In this document: piece after piece, positions 36,793-46,864 of the stretch
Layout of the letters: each line of letters opens with the position of its first letter
Numbering within the stretch: the stretch's first letter is position 1
Source of the DNA: Bacillota bacterium
GTDB taxonomy: Bacteria > Bacillota > SHA-98 > UBA4971
Assembly (NCBI GenBank): GCA_012689375.1
Contig: JAAZLO010000088.1
Span: 1,731 to 65,730, forward strand
DNA: 64,000 nt
Direction of reading: 5' to 3'
Made by a program: the position numbers and the translations under genes
Notes under the pieces: model-generated
Seen by the model: the letters and a program-made list of their open reading frames with translations, nothing else
Database searches by the model: none
What the model was told of the DNA's origin: nothing

Positions 36793-37910
36793 CTCAAAGC
36801 GGAATGCTTCGAAATATTAAGGAGAACACCTATGGCAGCCAGAGTCGTTACTAAAGAAGATCCGCCTGAACTTACAAGCGGTAATGTAATTCCCGTTATC
36901 GGTAATGCCCCTGAAACCACCCCGATATTAATTATTGCCTGAAATATTATCATGGTTGTAATACCGATTGCCAGTAATTTTCCAAAAGTGTCCGGTGTGG
37001 CAATGGTAATACGCAATCCTCGCCAGGCAAACAGAAAATATAATACAAGTACTGAGGCTGCTCCGACAAAGCCTAATTCTTCTCCGATAATGGCAAAAAT
37101 AAAGTCTGTATGCTGCATAGGGAGATAAAGGAATTTCTGCCTGCTTCTCCCCAAACCGACACCGAATAATCCGCCTGAACCCAATGCAAGCAAGGATTGA
37201 ATTATATGAAAACCGGATCCTAAGGGATCATCCCACGGGTGGAGGAATGCCAAAAAGCGTTCTGCCCGATAAGGAGCTGCACGGGACATAGCGTAAACTG
37301 CAGGGACGCCCAGGGCGACCAGGGACGAAAGGTGGAGGATTCTGGTTCCGGCGGCAAACAACATAAGTACAGAAACTACCAAAATAGTACCGGCAGTACC
37401 GAAATCCGGCTCTAATACGATTAAACCAAATACAATCCCGGTAACAATTAGAGGTGCTAATAACCCACTGGAGAATTTATGTATTTTGCCAATGCGTTCA
37501 GAAAGGAAATTAGCCATAAAAAGGACTGTCGTTATTTTTGCAATCTCCGAAGGCTGGAATGAAATAAACCCGATGCTAATCCACCTTCTTGAACCACGGA
37601 TTGCCACACCAAGACCAGGCATTAAAACAGCAGCAAGCAACAGAAGTGTCAGGATAAACGCAGGCAATGATAGCTTTTTCCAATTATTATAATCAATTTG
37701 CATTGTAATAATCATTGCTATAATTCCACAACCTGCCCAGACTAATTGACGTTTGAGGAAATAGTAGGTGTCACCGAATACTGCCCGTGCCGAGACGGAA
37801 CTTGCACTGAAAACCATAACTATTCCTATGCTTAAAAGAGCAAGGGTAATTAAGAAAAGGACTATATCCGAAGGATAGTTCGCGCGTGGTTTTCGCTCCG
37901 GTTTTATCAC
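36789..37910 (-). CDS. ftsW: SEDS-family peptidoglycan polymerase FtsW/SpoVE
   Basis: Polytopic protein with a FQPSE(I)AK motif. Overlaps murG by 4 nt. Confidence 0.92.
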   Translation of the reverse strand: MIKPERKPRANYPSDIVLFLITLALLSIGIVMVFSASSVSARAVFGDTYYFLKRQLVWAGCGIIAMIITMQIDYNNWKKLSLPAFILTLLLLAAVLMPGLGVAIRGSRRWISIGFISFQPSEIAKITTVLFMANFLSERIGKIHKFSSGLLAPLIVTGIVFGLIVLEPDFGTAGTILVVSVLMLFAAGTRILHLSSLVALGVPAVYAMSRAAPYRAERFLAFLHPWDDPLGSGFHIIQSLLALGSGGLFGVGLGRSRQKFLYLPMQHTDFIFAIIGEELGFVGAASVLVLYFLFAWRGLRITIATPDTFGKLLAIGITTMIIFQAIINIGVVSGALPITGITLPLVSSGGSSLVTTLAAIGVLLNISKHSALR

Positions 37911-37940
37911 ATCTACCGTCCCCTTCCGTATTATAACCCT

Positions 37941-38909
37941 TCATTGAAACTTTAAAAGAGCCAATAGCCCCAGTATGGAAAAAACTAAGCCAAGGATCCA
38001 AAAACGTGTTACAATTTTCGGTTCCTTCCACCCTGATAATTCAAAATGGTGATGGACAGGGCTCATCCTAAAAATCCTTTTACCTCCGGTCAGCTTAAAG
38101 TATATAACCTGAATAATTACAGACAATGCCTCCAAGACAAAAACTCCGCCTATAATAATCAGGAGAAGCTCTGTCTTTGTAAGAATCGCCAGGCTGCCCA
38201 AGGCAGCACCGAGAGCAAGGGAGCCGGTATCTCCCATCATAATTTCGGCGGGATGGCAATTAAACCAAGAAAAACCTATACAAGCACCTGCAAAAGATGA
38301 AGAAAAAACGGCAAGATCATGTTTACCGAAAAAGATCGCAACTATACTGTAGGCAACATAAGCCAGTGCAGTTGTGCCTGATGCAAGCCCATCCAGACCG
38401 TCAGAAAGATTCACTGCGTTGGATATGGCCAGCATGATAAAAACTGCGAACACCAAATATCCAAATATCCCTAAATCTATTTCAACTGAAGAAAACGGAA
38501 TAGAAACAATGGTTCCCAGAGATGGCGAAGTAGCCGCATATAGCCCTAGGAGTATTGATAACAGGATCTGGAATGCCAGCTTGTATCTGGCTTTCAAACC
38601 AAGAGAGCGTCGAAACACCGCTATAATGAAATCATCAGTTAACCCTATCGCCCCAAACCCCAGAGTTATAAAAAGTGCCCATGAAATATTCAGGGTTTTA
38701 GGTGCCAAAAAAAACGTAGCCAGAGAAGCGCCGATAAGAATCATGATCCCACCCATTGTGGGCGTACCCGCCTTTTTTAGGTGTGTAGTGGGTCCGTCCT
38801 TCCGTATTGATTGTCTGAATTTTAGAGCTTTCAGGATTTTAATAGATGTCGGCCCGATTATTATTACTGTTATGAAAGCAAGCAAAGCAGAATATACTTC
38901 ATGAAACAT
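37941..38909 (-). CDS. mraY: Phospho-N-acetylmuramoyl-pentapeptide transferase
   Basis: Motifs GTPTMGG, NAVNLSDGLDGLA and HHHFE. Confidence 0.96.
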   Translation of the reverse strand: MFHEVYSALLAFITVIIIGPTSIKILKALKFRQSIRKDGPTTHLKKAGTPTMGGIMILIGASLATFFLAPKTLNISWALFITLGFGAIGLTDDFIIAVFRRSLGLKARYKLAFQILLSILLGLYAATSPSLGTIVSIPFSSVEIDLGIFGYLVFAVFIMLAISNAVNLSDGLDGLASGTTALAYVAYSIVAIFFGKHDLAVFSSSFAGACIGFSWFNCHPAEIMMGDTGSLALGAALGSLAILTKTELLLIIIGGVFVLEALSVIIQVIYFKLTGGKRIFRMSPVHHHFELSGWKEPKIVTRFWILGLVFSILGLLALLKFQ

Positions 38910-40314
38910 TGGGGCTACCCCCGGTATTCTTCAAAATCTCTTTAGAAATTTCCTCCATCTCCATTGATCTTGAACCCTTCACCAGAACCGCATCACCCGG
39001 GTGCAGGAGTGTTTTAATTATATCTATTGCTTGGCTCTTGCTATTAAGCATGAAAACTGTGTTTGGGTCTTTCCCCAATAAAATAGCTTCCTCCCCCGCC
39101 AAACATGCCAGATCACCTATGGTAATAAGAATATCCACAGAGCAATCTATGGCTGTCTTACCGAGATTCCTATGGGCTTCATCAGCAATATGTCCTAATT
39201 CCAGCATGTTCCCGAGAATTGCTATTGTTTTTCCTCCGGTACTTCGGATATCTTCCAGCACATGCAAGGCTGCGTTTACAGAAGAGGGGCTTGCATTATA
39301 GCTGTCATCAATTAAAGTAAAGCCTGAGGCAGCTTCGATAATACCCATACGCTGACAAGTTAAATCCGGGGAAGCAAGACCGTTCGTTATGGTAAACATA
39401 TCAAGACCTGATACAAGGGCGGTTGTAGCTGCAGCCAGTGCATTATATACACTATGGATACCTGGGATGGGAACATGTACAGTAAACTCACGACTTCCGT
39501 ATTCAATATTAAACCTGGTTCCTTCTTTCCCGAGGTTAACAATATCTTTCCCTATTACTTCGTTTGAGGCTTTCAACCCAAAAAGGACGCCACGTCCCTT
39601 TACCATATCTTTAATTTCAGCAGTATAAGAACAGTCACCGTTTAGCACTGCAACACCGCCTTCACGAAGGCTCCCAATGAGTTCTGCTTTGGCCTTTGCA
39701 ATGTTTTTCAGTGAGCCTAAGATTCCGATATGGCTTTCCCCAATATTTGTAATAACCCCCATATCCGGTTCGGCAATCCGGGAAAGCTCATGAATTTCAC
39801 CTGGGGCCCTCATCGCAAGTTCAACGATACATGCTTCATGATGTCCCCCAAGATCCAGTAGGGTCAGGGGGACACCGATTTCATTGTTGAAGTTTCCGGG
39901 AGTCTTCGCAGTCTCCATACACTGGGAAAATATTGAGTGAATCATGTCTTTGGTCGAAGTTTTACCTGTACTTCCTGTTACGGCAATAACAAAGGTTCCA
40001 AAGCGCTGCCTGTTATAATTGGCAAGTTTCTGTAGTGCTTTATAGGTATCCGCTGTCCTGATAACCCATACCCCGGCGGGAAGATCAGGACTATTAATTT
40101 CATGTGAAGTCACTACACCGTATGCCCCTTTTTCCATAGCTTCGTATATAAAGTCATGGCCATCAAAATTGGGACCTTTCAATGCAAAGAAAAGATCCCC
40201 GTTTTTGGTTTCCCTCGAATCAATGGAAACACCTAAAAAAACATTGTGTTTTCCATGTACTTCAACACATCCTGGGATTGTATCGAGGACTTCATTAAAC
40301 ATGAATTCAGACAT
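38899..40314 (-). CDS. murF: UDP-MurNAc-tripeptide--D-Ala-D-Ala ligase
   Basis: GSTGKTSTK motif. Positioned between murE and mraY, overlapping both. Confidence 0.93.
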   Translation of the reverse strand: MSEFMFNEVLDTIPGCVEVHGKHNVFLGVSIDSRETKNGDLFFALKGPNFDGHDFIYEAMEKGAYGVVTSHEINSPDLPAGVWVIRTADTYKALQKLANYNRQRFGTFVIAVTGSTGKTSTKDMIHSIFSQCMETAKTPGNFNNEIGVPLTLLDLGGHHEACIVELAMRAPGEIHELSRIAEPDMGVITNIGESHIGILGSLKNIAKAKAELIGSLREGGVAVLNGDCSYTAEIKDMVKGRGVLFGLKASNEVIGKDIVNLGKEGTRFNIEYGSREFTVHVPIPGIHSVYNALAAATTALVSGLDMFTITNGLASPDLTCQRMGIIEAASGFTLIDDSYNASPSSVNAALHVLEDIRSTGGKTIAILGNMLELGHIADEAHRNLGKTAIDCSVDILITIGDLACLAGEEAILLGKDPNTVFMLNSKSQAIDIIKTLLHPGDAVLVKGSRSMEMEEISKEILKNTGGSPNVS

Positions 40315-41824
40315 TATTCATATACTCCCTCAACAACCTTTTTGATGCTTCTCTATCATCAAAATGAATAGTCCCATCATTGAATATTTGATATGTTTCA
40401 TGGCCCTTACCAGCGATTACCAAGACATCATTTTTTCGTGCTGAAAAAATCGCATGTTTTATGGCACTGTTCCTATCAATGATAATTTTATATCCTAACT
40501 GGGGCAACTGCCTGTAAAGGATTCCTTCTTCAATTTCTTTACTGATTTCATAGGGATTCTCAGTTCTGGGATTATCCGATGTTATTATTACAAGATCTGC
40601 AAGCGATGCGGCAATTTCCCCCATTACAGGTCTTTTAGATTTATCCCGATCTCCCCCGCAACCAAACACAACAATCAAATTTCCCGATCCTAAATGCCTT
40701 GCTTCTGTCAAAACGCTCTTTAAACTGTCAGGCGTATGGGCATAATCCACAATAACACTAAAGGGTTGACCTTCGTCTATCAGCTCGAATCTGCCTGGCA
40801 CTTTTTTAAGAGACTGAAGGCCGGCAGCAATTGTATCTTGGTTTAACCCGGCTGCAAGCCCGCACCCTATTGAGGCTAAAGCATTATAAACATTAAAGAC
40901 CCCTTTAAGGTTCAAAATAACAGGAAAGCTGCCATTGGGAGTGTATGCCACAAAGGAAGTGCCCCTTCCATGTGATCTGAGTTCTTTGGCAGTTATATGT
41001 GATGAGGTATTATGAATCCCATACGTCAGGGCTTCTGTGTTTATTTTCGACAAAATAAAATCAGAACAGGGATCATCCGCATTAATAATTGATATCCCGG
41101 CTCTGCCGCAATCCCCCTCTCCGGGAGATTGTGTGCAGGGTGTACTAAAAAAAGATGCTTTCGTAGCAAGATAATCACTGAATGATCCATGAAAGTCCAA
41201 ATGATCATGGCCAATATTCGTGAATATCTTTGCGTCAAAATTGGTTCCTCTTATTCTTTGGAGTTTGATAGCATGAGACGAAACCTCCATTGCAACAGCC
41301 ACATCTCCGGACCTTTGCATTTTTGCGAGGAATGCCTGGACGTCTGAGGATTCAGGGGTGGTATGTTTTGTCATTAAAGTTGTATCCTGAGAAATACAGC
41401 CCAGAGTCCCTATAATTCCACAAGGCATTTCTGCCTTATCCAATATGCTCTTAATCAGATATGTAGTAGTGGTTTTGCCCTTAGTGCCAGTCACCCCCAC
41501 GCAAAACATAGAAGATGACGGATCATCATAAAAGGCTCTAGCAATATCGCCCAGGGCTTTCCGGGAATTGCTGACTCTTACAACGCCAAGTGTATCCGGC
41601 ACATCCGTTTCTTTATCAATAACGACAGCTACTGCTCCTTTTGAGGCTGCTTCAAGAATATAGTCATGACCGTCATGGTGTTCACCGCGTATACATACGA
41701 ATAAATATCCTGGGGCAACATTACGGGAATCGTACGCAATTCCCCGAATCCCTACATTAATGTTTCTGGGATAACCATATAAATTCCCTTCGGAATATAT
41801 TAGGAGATCTTTAAGTGTTTTCAC
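40307..41824 (-). CDS. murE: UDP-MurNAc-L-Ala-D-Glu--2,6-diaminopimelate ligase
   Basis: GVTGTKGKTTT motif and a C-terminal DNPR motif (ITSDNPRTE), which is typical of meso-DAP-adding MurE. Confidence 0.93.
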   Translation of the reverse strand: MKTLKDLLIYSEGNLYGYPRNINVGIRGIAYDSRNVAPGYLFVCIRGEHHDGHDYILEAASKGAVAVVIDKETDVPDTLGVVRVSNSRKALGDIARAFYDDPSSSMFCVGVTGTKGKTTTTYLIKSILDKAEMPCGIIGTLGCISQDTTLMTKHTTPESSDVQAFLAKMQRSGDVAVAMEVSSHAIKLQRIRGTNFDAKIFTNIGHDHLDFHGSFSDYLATKASFFSTPCTQSPGEGDCGRAGISIINADDPCSDFILSKINTEALTYGIHNTSSHITAKELRSHGRGTSFVAYTPNGSFPVILNLKGVFNVYNALASIGCGLAAGLNQDTIAAGLQSLKKVPGRFELIDEGQPFSVIVDYAHTPDSLKSVLTEARHLGSGNLIVVFGCGGDRDKSKRPVMGEIAASLADLVIITSDNPRTENPYEISKEIEEGILYRQLPQLGYKIIIDRNSAIKHAIFSARKNDVLVIAGKGHETYQIFNDGTIHFDDREASKRLLREYMNNV

Positions 41825-41851
41825 TTGTTTGCCCTACTTATCAAAATATTA

Positions 41852-43963
41852 TCAGTCATACAGGACCGGCCCAAATTTAACTTTGACAATTGTTCCACGC
41901 TTTACAGGTGTTCCGTACTGGGGTTGTATGCTCTCGGCAATTCCTGCCCCTTCAGTCTCTAAACGGAGTCCCAATTCTGACAAAATAATTGCTACGTCTT
42001 TCATGGTTTTACCAATGACGTTAGGAATTATAACCTCACCCTCTATATTATAGGATTCAGCCTCATCCAAGTAAAGAATGATAGTTGTACCTCTGGGTAC
42101 CTTGGCACCGGGGGCCGGGGTCTGCCTGACAACCTTTGTGCCTGTACCCTTTGCTGAAACATCCAGCCCAAACCTTGCTAAAAGAAGTTTTGACGCGTTG
42201 TCAGGGTTATCTCCTATAAGGTTCGGTACAGTTACATGTTGGTTTGTGATATCGTCATGTCCTATCCCCCGGGACACAGTAGGAGGGATCTCCATGTATC
42301 TTAAGACATCCTTTAACATTCCTTGAAATACAGGGGCCGCTATAACCCCTCCGTAGCTTATATCCACATCCGGCTCATCCCAGATTACAATAATTGCTAT
42401 CTTAGGATCTTCCACCGGGGCGAACCCCAAGAATGAACCAATCCTCTTTTCGGAATACCCACCTGCCTCAGGTTTTTCCGCAGTTCCTGTCTTCCCCGCT
42501 ACACGGTATCCGGGGACCTGAGCCCGAAACCCTGATCCATTAGCTACTACAGATTCGAGAATTAAAGAAAGCTCCTTTGATGTTTCCTTACTGATGACTT
42601 GTCTTATTGGATCCGGTTTGAATTCTTTGATAATGACACCGTCAGGATCAACCATCTTTGAAACTAGCTGTGGACGCATAAGGGTACCGCCGTTTGCAAT
42701 AGCACTAAGTGCTGATAATAATTGGAGCGGAGTTGCGGAAATCCCTTGTCCGAATGCAATATTAGCTAGCTCTACAGGACCGACGTTTTTTATACGTTGA
42801 AGAAGCCCTGCTGCTTCACCTGGATAATCAATTCCAAGGGGGTTTCCAAATCCAAAAGCTTGAATATATCGATAGAAACGTTCCTGACCTAATTCCACTC
42901 CAAGGGTTGCGAATACAACGTTACAAGAATTCTCAGTAGCTTCAAGAAACGTCTGGGTGCCGTGGCCTCCTGCAAGCCAACACCGCACATACCTGTCGGC
43001 TATTTTAATTTGCCCAGGATCATAAAATGTATCATCAGGTCTTACAATACCCTCTTCAAGGGCAGCCGCTGCGGTAACTATTTTAAAAGTCGATCCCGGT
43101 TCATATATGTCTGATACCATTGGATTTCTCCGAAGGAAATCTGGTTCCTCAAAATAGCGGTTAGGGTTATAGGCAGGCCTTGAAGCCATAGCCAATATTG
43201 CTCCGGTTTTTGGATTCATTGCCAGGATCATTCCTCGCTTTGCCTTAAGCTCTGCCATCCCTTTTTCCAGCTCACGCTCAGCAATATATTGGATTACCTC
43301 ATCTATGGTAAGATACAAATCATTGCCGTCAACTGGGGGTATAAATTGGGTGATTCCCCCTGGAATTTCTTTTCCCGTAGCATCCCGTTCGGATCTGATC
43401 TGACCATCGACTCCCTCTAAAAAAGAATCATACCAGACTTCAATCCCTTCCAGCCCCTGGTTATCAATACCTACTATACCAAGGACATGGGCTGCAAGCC
43501 TGTCTTTCGGGTAGAACCTTTGGCCGCGCTCTACGAACCCGATCCCTTTGAGATTCAATTTTCGAAGAGCAGATGCCCTCTCAGGCTCGACCCGACGATC
43601 TATCCACACTGTGGCCTGGGTTTCTGAAAGCTTTTTTCTTACGTCTTCTGCATCAAGCCCCAGTATTTTAGAAATCTGTTTGGCAGTATCCAATGGATCG
43701 TCAACATCTGCGGGAATTGCATATACTGCATCAGCGCTTACGCTTATTGCAAGTTCCCTGCCTTTAATATCACGGATTGCCCCTCTGCGTGCGTCTACGG
43801 GAATAGGGTAAAGCCGTTGATCCAGGGCTAATTTCCGGTAATGATCGTTTTGCGCAATTTGTACCCAAAAAAGCCTACCTATAAGGGAGAGGGTTACTAT
43901 CGCCCACATAAGAAAAAGCGAGCCTACCCTCTTTTTTACGGTAATGCTCGAGTGGTTAGACAC
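41852..43963 (-). CDS. Class B penicillin-binding protein (FtsI/PBP2B/SpoVD family) with two C-terminal PASTA domains
   Basis: STFK, SxN (SCN) and KTGT motifs, plus two PASTA-like repeats (VPNLIG..., IPNVIG...). Confidence 0.92.
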   Translation of the reverse strand: MSNHSSITVKKRVGSLFLMWAIVTLSLIGRLFWVQIAQNDHYRKLALDQRLYPIPVDARRGAIRDIKGRELAISVSADAVYAIPADVDDPLDTAKQISKILGLDAEDVRKKLSETQATVWIDRRVEPERASALRKLNLKGIGFVERGQRFYPKDRLAAHVLGIVGIDNQGLEGIEVWYDSFLEGVDGQIRSERDATGKEIPGGITQFIPPVDGNDLYLTIDEVIQYIAERELEKGMAELKAKRGMILAMNPKTGAILAMASRPAYNPNRYFEEPDFLRRNPMVSDIYEPGSTFKIVTAAAALEEGIVRPDDTFYDPGQIKIADRYVRCWLAGGHGTQTFLEATENSCNVVFATLGVELGQERFYRYIQAFGFGNPLGIDYPGEAAGLLQRIKNVGPVELANIAFGQGISATPLQLLSALSAIANGGTLMRPQLVSKMVDPDGVIIKEFKPDPIRQVISKETSKELSLILESVVANGSGFRAQVPGYRVAGKTGTAEKPEAGGYSEKRIGSFLGFAPVEDPKIAIIVIWDEPDVDISYGGVIAAPVFQGMLKDVLRYMEIPPTVSRGIGHDDITNQHVTVPNLIGDNPDNASKLLLARFGLDVSAKGTGTKVVRQTPAPGAKVPRGTTIILYLDEAESYNIEGEVIIPNVIGKTMKDVAIILSELGLRLETEGAGIAESIQPQYGTPVKRGTIVKVKFGPVLYD

Positions 43964-43986
43964 AGGTTGCTCCCTTCCTTGTAAGC

Positions 43987-44529
43987 CTATTTAGGCCTGA
44001 TTCTCGGATGGTTGCTTTTGGGTATATCATAGAACCATCTGGCAACAAAGGGTGAAACAAGACCTATGAAAATATCTTCGGTTTGGGCCGAAATTCGCGC
44101 CATCATATTAGAAAAGACGCTTGGTGTTTCTTTGCCAGGATCATTAGATTTACCCGGAGATCTGTTTGTAGATGCTACCGTTATAAACTCAGTTTTATCA
44201 GGTTTTGTCATCCCAAGAGATATCAGAGCCTCCCTTTCAATTTTGGCGAGAGAACTCAACTGGGCTACTGATAAATTCAATCGATCGTATTCAATTTGAG
44301 TGGCTGCAAGTTTATGTTCAAGTGTGTGTAACTGATAACCGGCATTAATTACCTGAGCCCGTATAGTCAGGCTGCCAATGAGAAGGCCAGTGGCTATTAT
44401 GGCCACAAACATTTGCTTGGCAAGGCCTGCGCCTTTTTTCGGTTTATTATAGGCCATCCCGGGTTTTATCGGGCTTTGGTTGGTTTTCCCTTTTACCCGT
44501 AGTAACGACTTTGCTGTCGCTGGTACCAT
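43987..44529 (-). CDS. ftsL: Cell division protein FtsL (with an extended C-terminal tail)
   Basis: TM helix followed by a coiled coil (YQLHTLEHKLAATQIEYDRLNLSVAQL) and position between rsmH and the PBP. The start was set at ATG 44529 because GGAGGG lies 7 nt upstream; the ORF track starts at 44583. Confidence 0.75.
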   Translation of the reverse strand: MVPATAKSLLRVKGKTNQSPIKPGMAYNKPKKGAGLAKQMFVAIIATGLLIGSLTIRAQVINAGYQLHTLEHKLAATQIEYDRLNLSVAQLSSLAKIEREALISLGMTKPDKTEFITVASTNRSPGKSNDPGKETPSVFSNMMARISAQTEDIFIGLVSPFVARWFYDIPKSNHPRIRPK

Positions 44530-44551
44530 CTGTATTCCCTCCCCAATTCTC

Positions 44552-45466
44552 TTAGAACTTCTCTGCTGCCCTAAGCTTCGCACTGCGGGACCTGGGATTT
44601 GAAATAATCTCTTCCTTGCATGGGATAAGAGGCTTTTTTGTTAAAATCTTTAAGCTTCCTTGTTTCTTCAACCGCGATTCATTGAGAAAAGTTGTTTTTA
44701 CAATTCGATCTTCTAAAGAGTGGTATGAAATAACCACCAGTCTTCCCCCGGTTCTAAGCAAGTTTATGGCTTGGTTCAGCCCAGTACGTAAGTTGTCTAA
44801 TTCATGATTTACCGCGATCCTAAGAGCCTGAAAAGTTCGACGGGCGGGGTGGGGTCCGGTTCGCCTAGCCCCTGCCGGTATGGCCGCTTTTATAACATCT
44901 ACAAGTTGGCCTGTTGTGACAATCGGTTCTTTGATACGCCGTTCCACTATGAATCTGGCTATGCGTGCCGCCCATCGTTCTTCACCGTAAGTTTTAAGTA
45001 TTTCAGCAATTTCTTTGCCTGACAGATTATTTACGAGATCCTTTGCGCAAAGATCCCCTTCCTGCCCCATTCTCATATCAAGGGGCCCGTCTTTCATGTA
45101 TGAGAACCCTCTCTCAGTCTTGTCCAGTTGGAAGCCAGAGACCCCGAGATCGAATAAAATTCCGTCTGCATGTGGGATTCCAATGCTTCCCATGATATCC
45201 TTTAATTTGCTGAAATTACCGTGTATGAAAGTCACAACTTCCGTGAATGGTACCAACTTTTCTTTGGCAGCCAGAATTGCATCCTTGTCTTTATCTATTC
45301 CTATAATTTGAATTTGTGTACCCTTAAGCTCCAATAAACTTAAAGAATGCCCCGCACTTCCTAGAGTGCAATCTATATAGATTCCCCCCGGCCTCGGATT
45401 CAGCAGCCAGACTACCTCATCCAGCATTACAGGTGTATGGTATTGTTTGCTTTCGTTTGTTTTCAC
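44552..45466 (-). CDS. rsmH: 16S rRNA (cytosine1402-N4)-methyltransferase
   Basis: Motifs HTPVMLDEV and DCTLGSAGHS. Confidence 0.96.
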   Translation of the reverse strand: MKTNESKQYHTPVMLDEVVWLLNPRPGGIYIDCTLGSAGHSLSLLELKGTQIQIIGIDKDKDAILAAKEKLVPFTEVVTFIHGNFSKLKDIMGSIGIPHADGILFDLGVSGFQLDKTERGFSYMKDGPLDMRMGQEGDLCAKDLVNNLSGKEIAEILKTYGEERWAARIARFIVERRIKEPIVTTGQLVDVIKAAIPAGARRTGPHPARRTFQALRIAVNHELDNLRTGLNQAINLLRTGGRLVVISYHSLEDRIVKTTFLNESRLKKQGSLKILTKKPLIPCKEEIISNPRSRSAKLRAAEKF

Positions 45467-45491
45467 TTAATTTATCATCCACCTGGTTAAA

Positions 45492-45935
45492 TTATATATT
45501 TATATCACCATGAGTAAGTTTCTCTGCCACCTCTTCATAGGATTTCTCTGCGTCACCTGAATAGCCCATCCATATTTCCCGACTCCATACCTCAATTCTG
45601 TTCATTACACCGATAACTATTGCATCTTTAGTAAGATCCGCATATTCCCTGAGATAGGCCGGTATATTAATTCGTCCTTGCTTATCCAGTTCGCATTCAC
45701 ATGCACCTGAAAAAAACAATCTGCTGTATGCCCTTGCGTCACGCATTGTAAGAGGTAGTTTTGAGAATTCTGCAAGCTGTCTTTCCCATTCATCGTTTGG
45801 GAAGATAAATAAACATTTATCCAATCCCCTTGTTGCGAAAAAGCGGTCTTTTAATTCATCCCTGAACTTAGAGGGAATTGCCAGTCTACCTTTATCATCG
45901 ATACTATGTTCATAGGTCCCGATGAACATAGGCAT
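45492..45935 (-). CDS. mraZ: Transcriptional regulator MraZ
   Basis: MFIGTYEHSIDDKGRLAIPSKFR and a second DKQGRINIP repeat (two SpoVT/AbrB-like halves). Confidence 0.96.
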   Translation of the reverse strand: MPMFIGTYEHSIDDKGRLAIPSKFRDELKDRFFATRGLDKCLFIFPNDEWERQLAEFSKLPLTMRDARAYSRLFFSGACECELDKQGRINIPAYLREYADLTKDAIVIGVMNRIEVWSREIWMGYSGDAEKSYEEVAEKLTHGDINI

Positions 45936-45944
45936 TCAATATTT

Positions 45945-45970
45945 CACCACTTTTCCCCACTCTGCCCCAC
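45945..45970 (-). promoter_or_regulatory. Putative MraZ operator: three GTGG(G/T)G boxes at exact 10-bp phasing
   Basis: The minus strand reads GTGGGGcagaGTGGGGaaaaGTGGTGaaatattgaATG. The boxes end at 45970, 45960 and 45950. Confidence 0.6.
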
Positions 45971-45989
45971 ATATGTATCAATTAATTTC

Positions 45990-46007
45990 TATACTTATAC
46001 TTATACT
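45990..46007. repeat. Tandem hexamer TATACT x3 (AGTATA x3 on the minus strand) upstream of the MraZ boxes
   Basis: Read directly. On the minus strand it provides overlapping -10-like TATAAG/TATAGA hexamers. Confidence 0.8.
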
Positions 46008-46205
46008 CCTTCTTTTGTATGGAAAATATTTCGGAGTATCCGGTTAGGTCGTATTTTATATATGGCAAATCATCGTGTAGGGGGCAGGTTTGGGACTTTC
46101 ACCTATAAAATTGTGCACACGCCGCCGGGCGTACATACAAAAAGGGACGGGCGTTAGGATCACCCATCCCTCAGATAACCGATTTCCTCATAAAATATGT
46201 TTACT

Positions 46206-46733
46206 TTAGTGAGATTCCTCCCCGTTGTCTCGCTTTTCAATAGTCATCAAAAAAATTTTTCTTTCGGGTTGGCCTTTCTCAAGCTGCCTTGTTATTACTG
46301 AACTCTTTCTGAACCCACACTTTTTAAAACACTTTATCGCCGGTAAATTATCTGCCAGTACCCGAAGATATATATGATTAAGACTTGTGGTAGAGAATAT
46401 GTACTTTAATAAAGTTAAAATTGCATCTGTTCCATAGCCTTTTCCTATGTAACCGCGATGTCCTATACCGATAACAAGCTCTGCTTCGCCTCTCCTCCAG
46501 TTAATTTCCACAAAACCGATATCCCCAATAAGTGTGCCGTCATCTGTGAGCATCGCAAACATTTTTGTATTACGTGCATTAATTAAGGCTATGTACTCTT
46601 CCTTTATTGCCAAATGCCTATTAATCTGTCCAAAAATATCAGCCGAGATATGCTGTTGTGCCTCCCACTTACATATAACCTCAATATCAGAGTCATTGAT
46701 TTGACGAAGCACGGTTTTTTCCCCTTCAACCAA
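46206..46733 (-). CDS. GNAT-family N-acetyltransferase
   Basis: 175 aa with a RGYIGKGYGTDA acetyl-CoA-binding-type motif. Confidence 0.8.
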   Translation of the reverse strand: MVEGEKTVLRQINDSDIEVICKWEAQQHISADIFGQINRHLAIKEEYIALINARNTKMFAMLTDDGTLIGDIGFVEINWRRGEAELVIGIGHRGYIGKGYGTDAILTLLKYIFSTTSLNHIYLRVLADNLPAIKCFKKCGFRKSSVITRQLEKGQPERKIFLMTIEKRDNGEESH

Positions 46734-46864
46734 TTGAGCTACACCTCTTCTTTCAACTCAGCGTTGAAAATTGTTGCAAAGGGATTTCGCCCTTAATCAC
46801 TCTGATACCTTTAAGCATTTTCACCCGCTTTTGGAATACCAAACCATCGGATATTTTAATAAAG

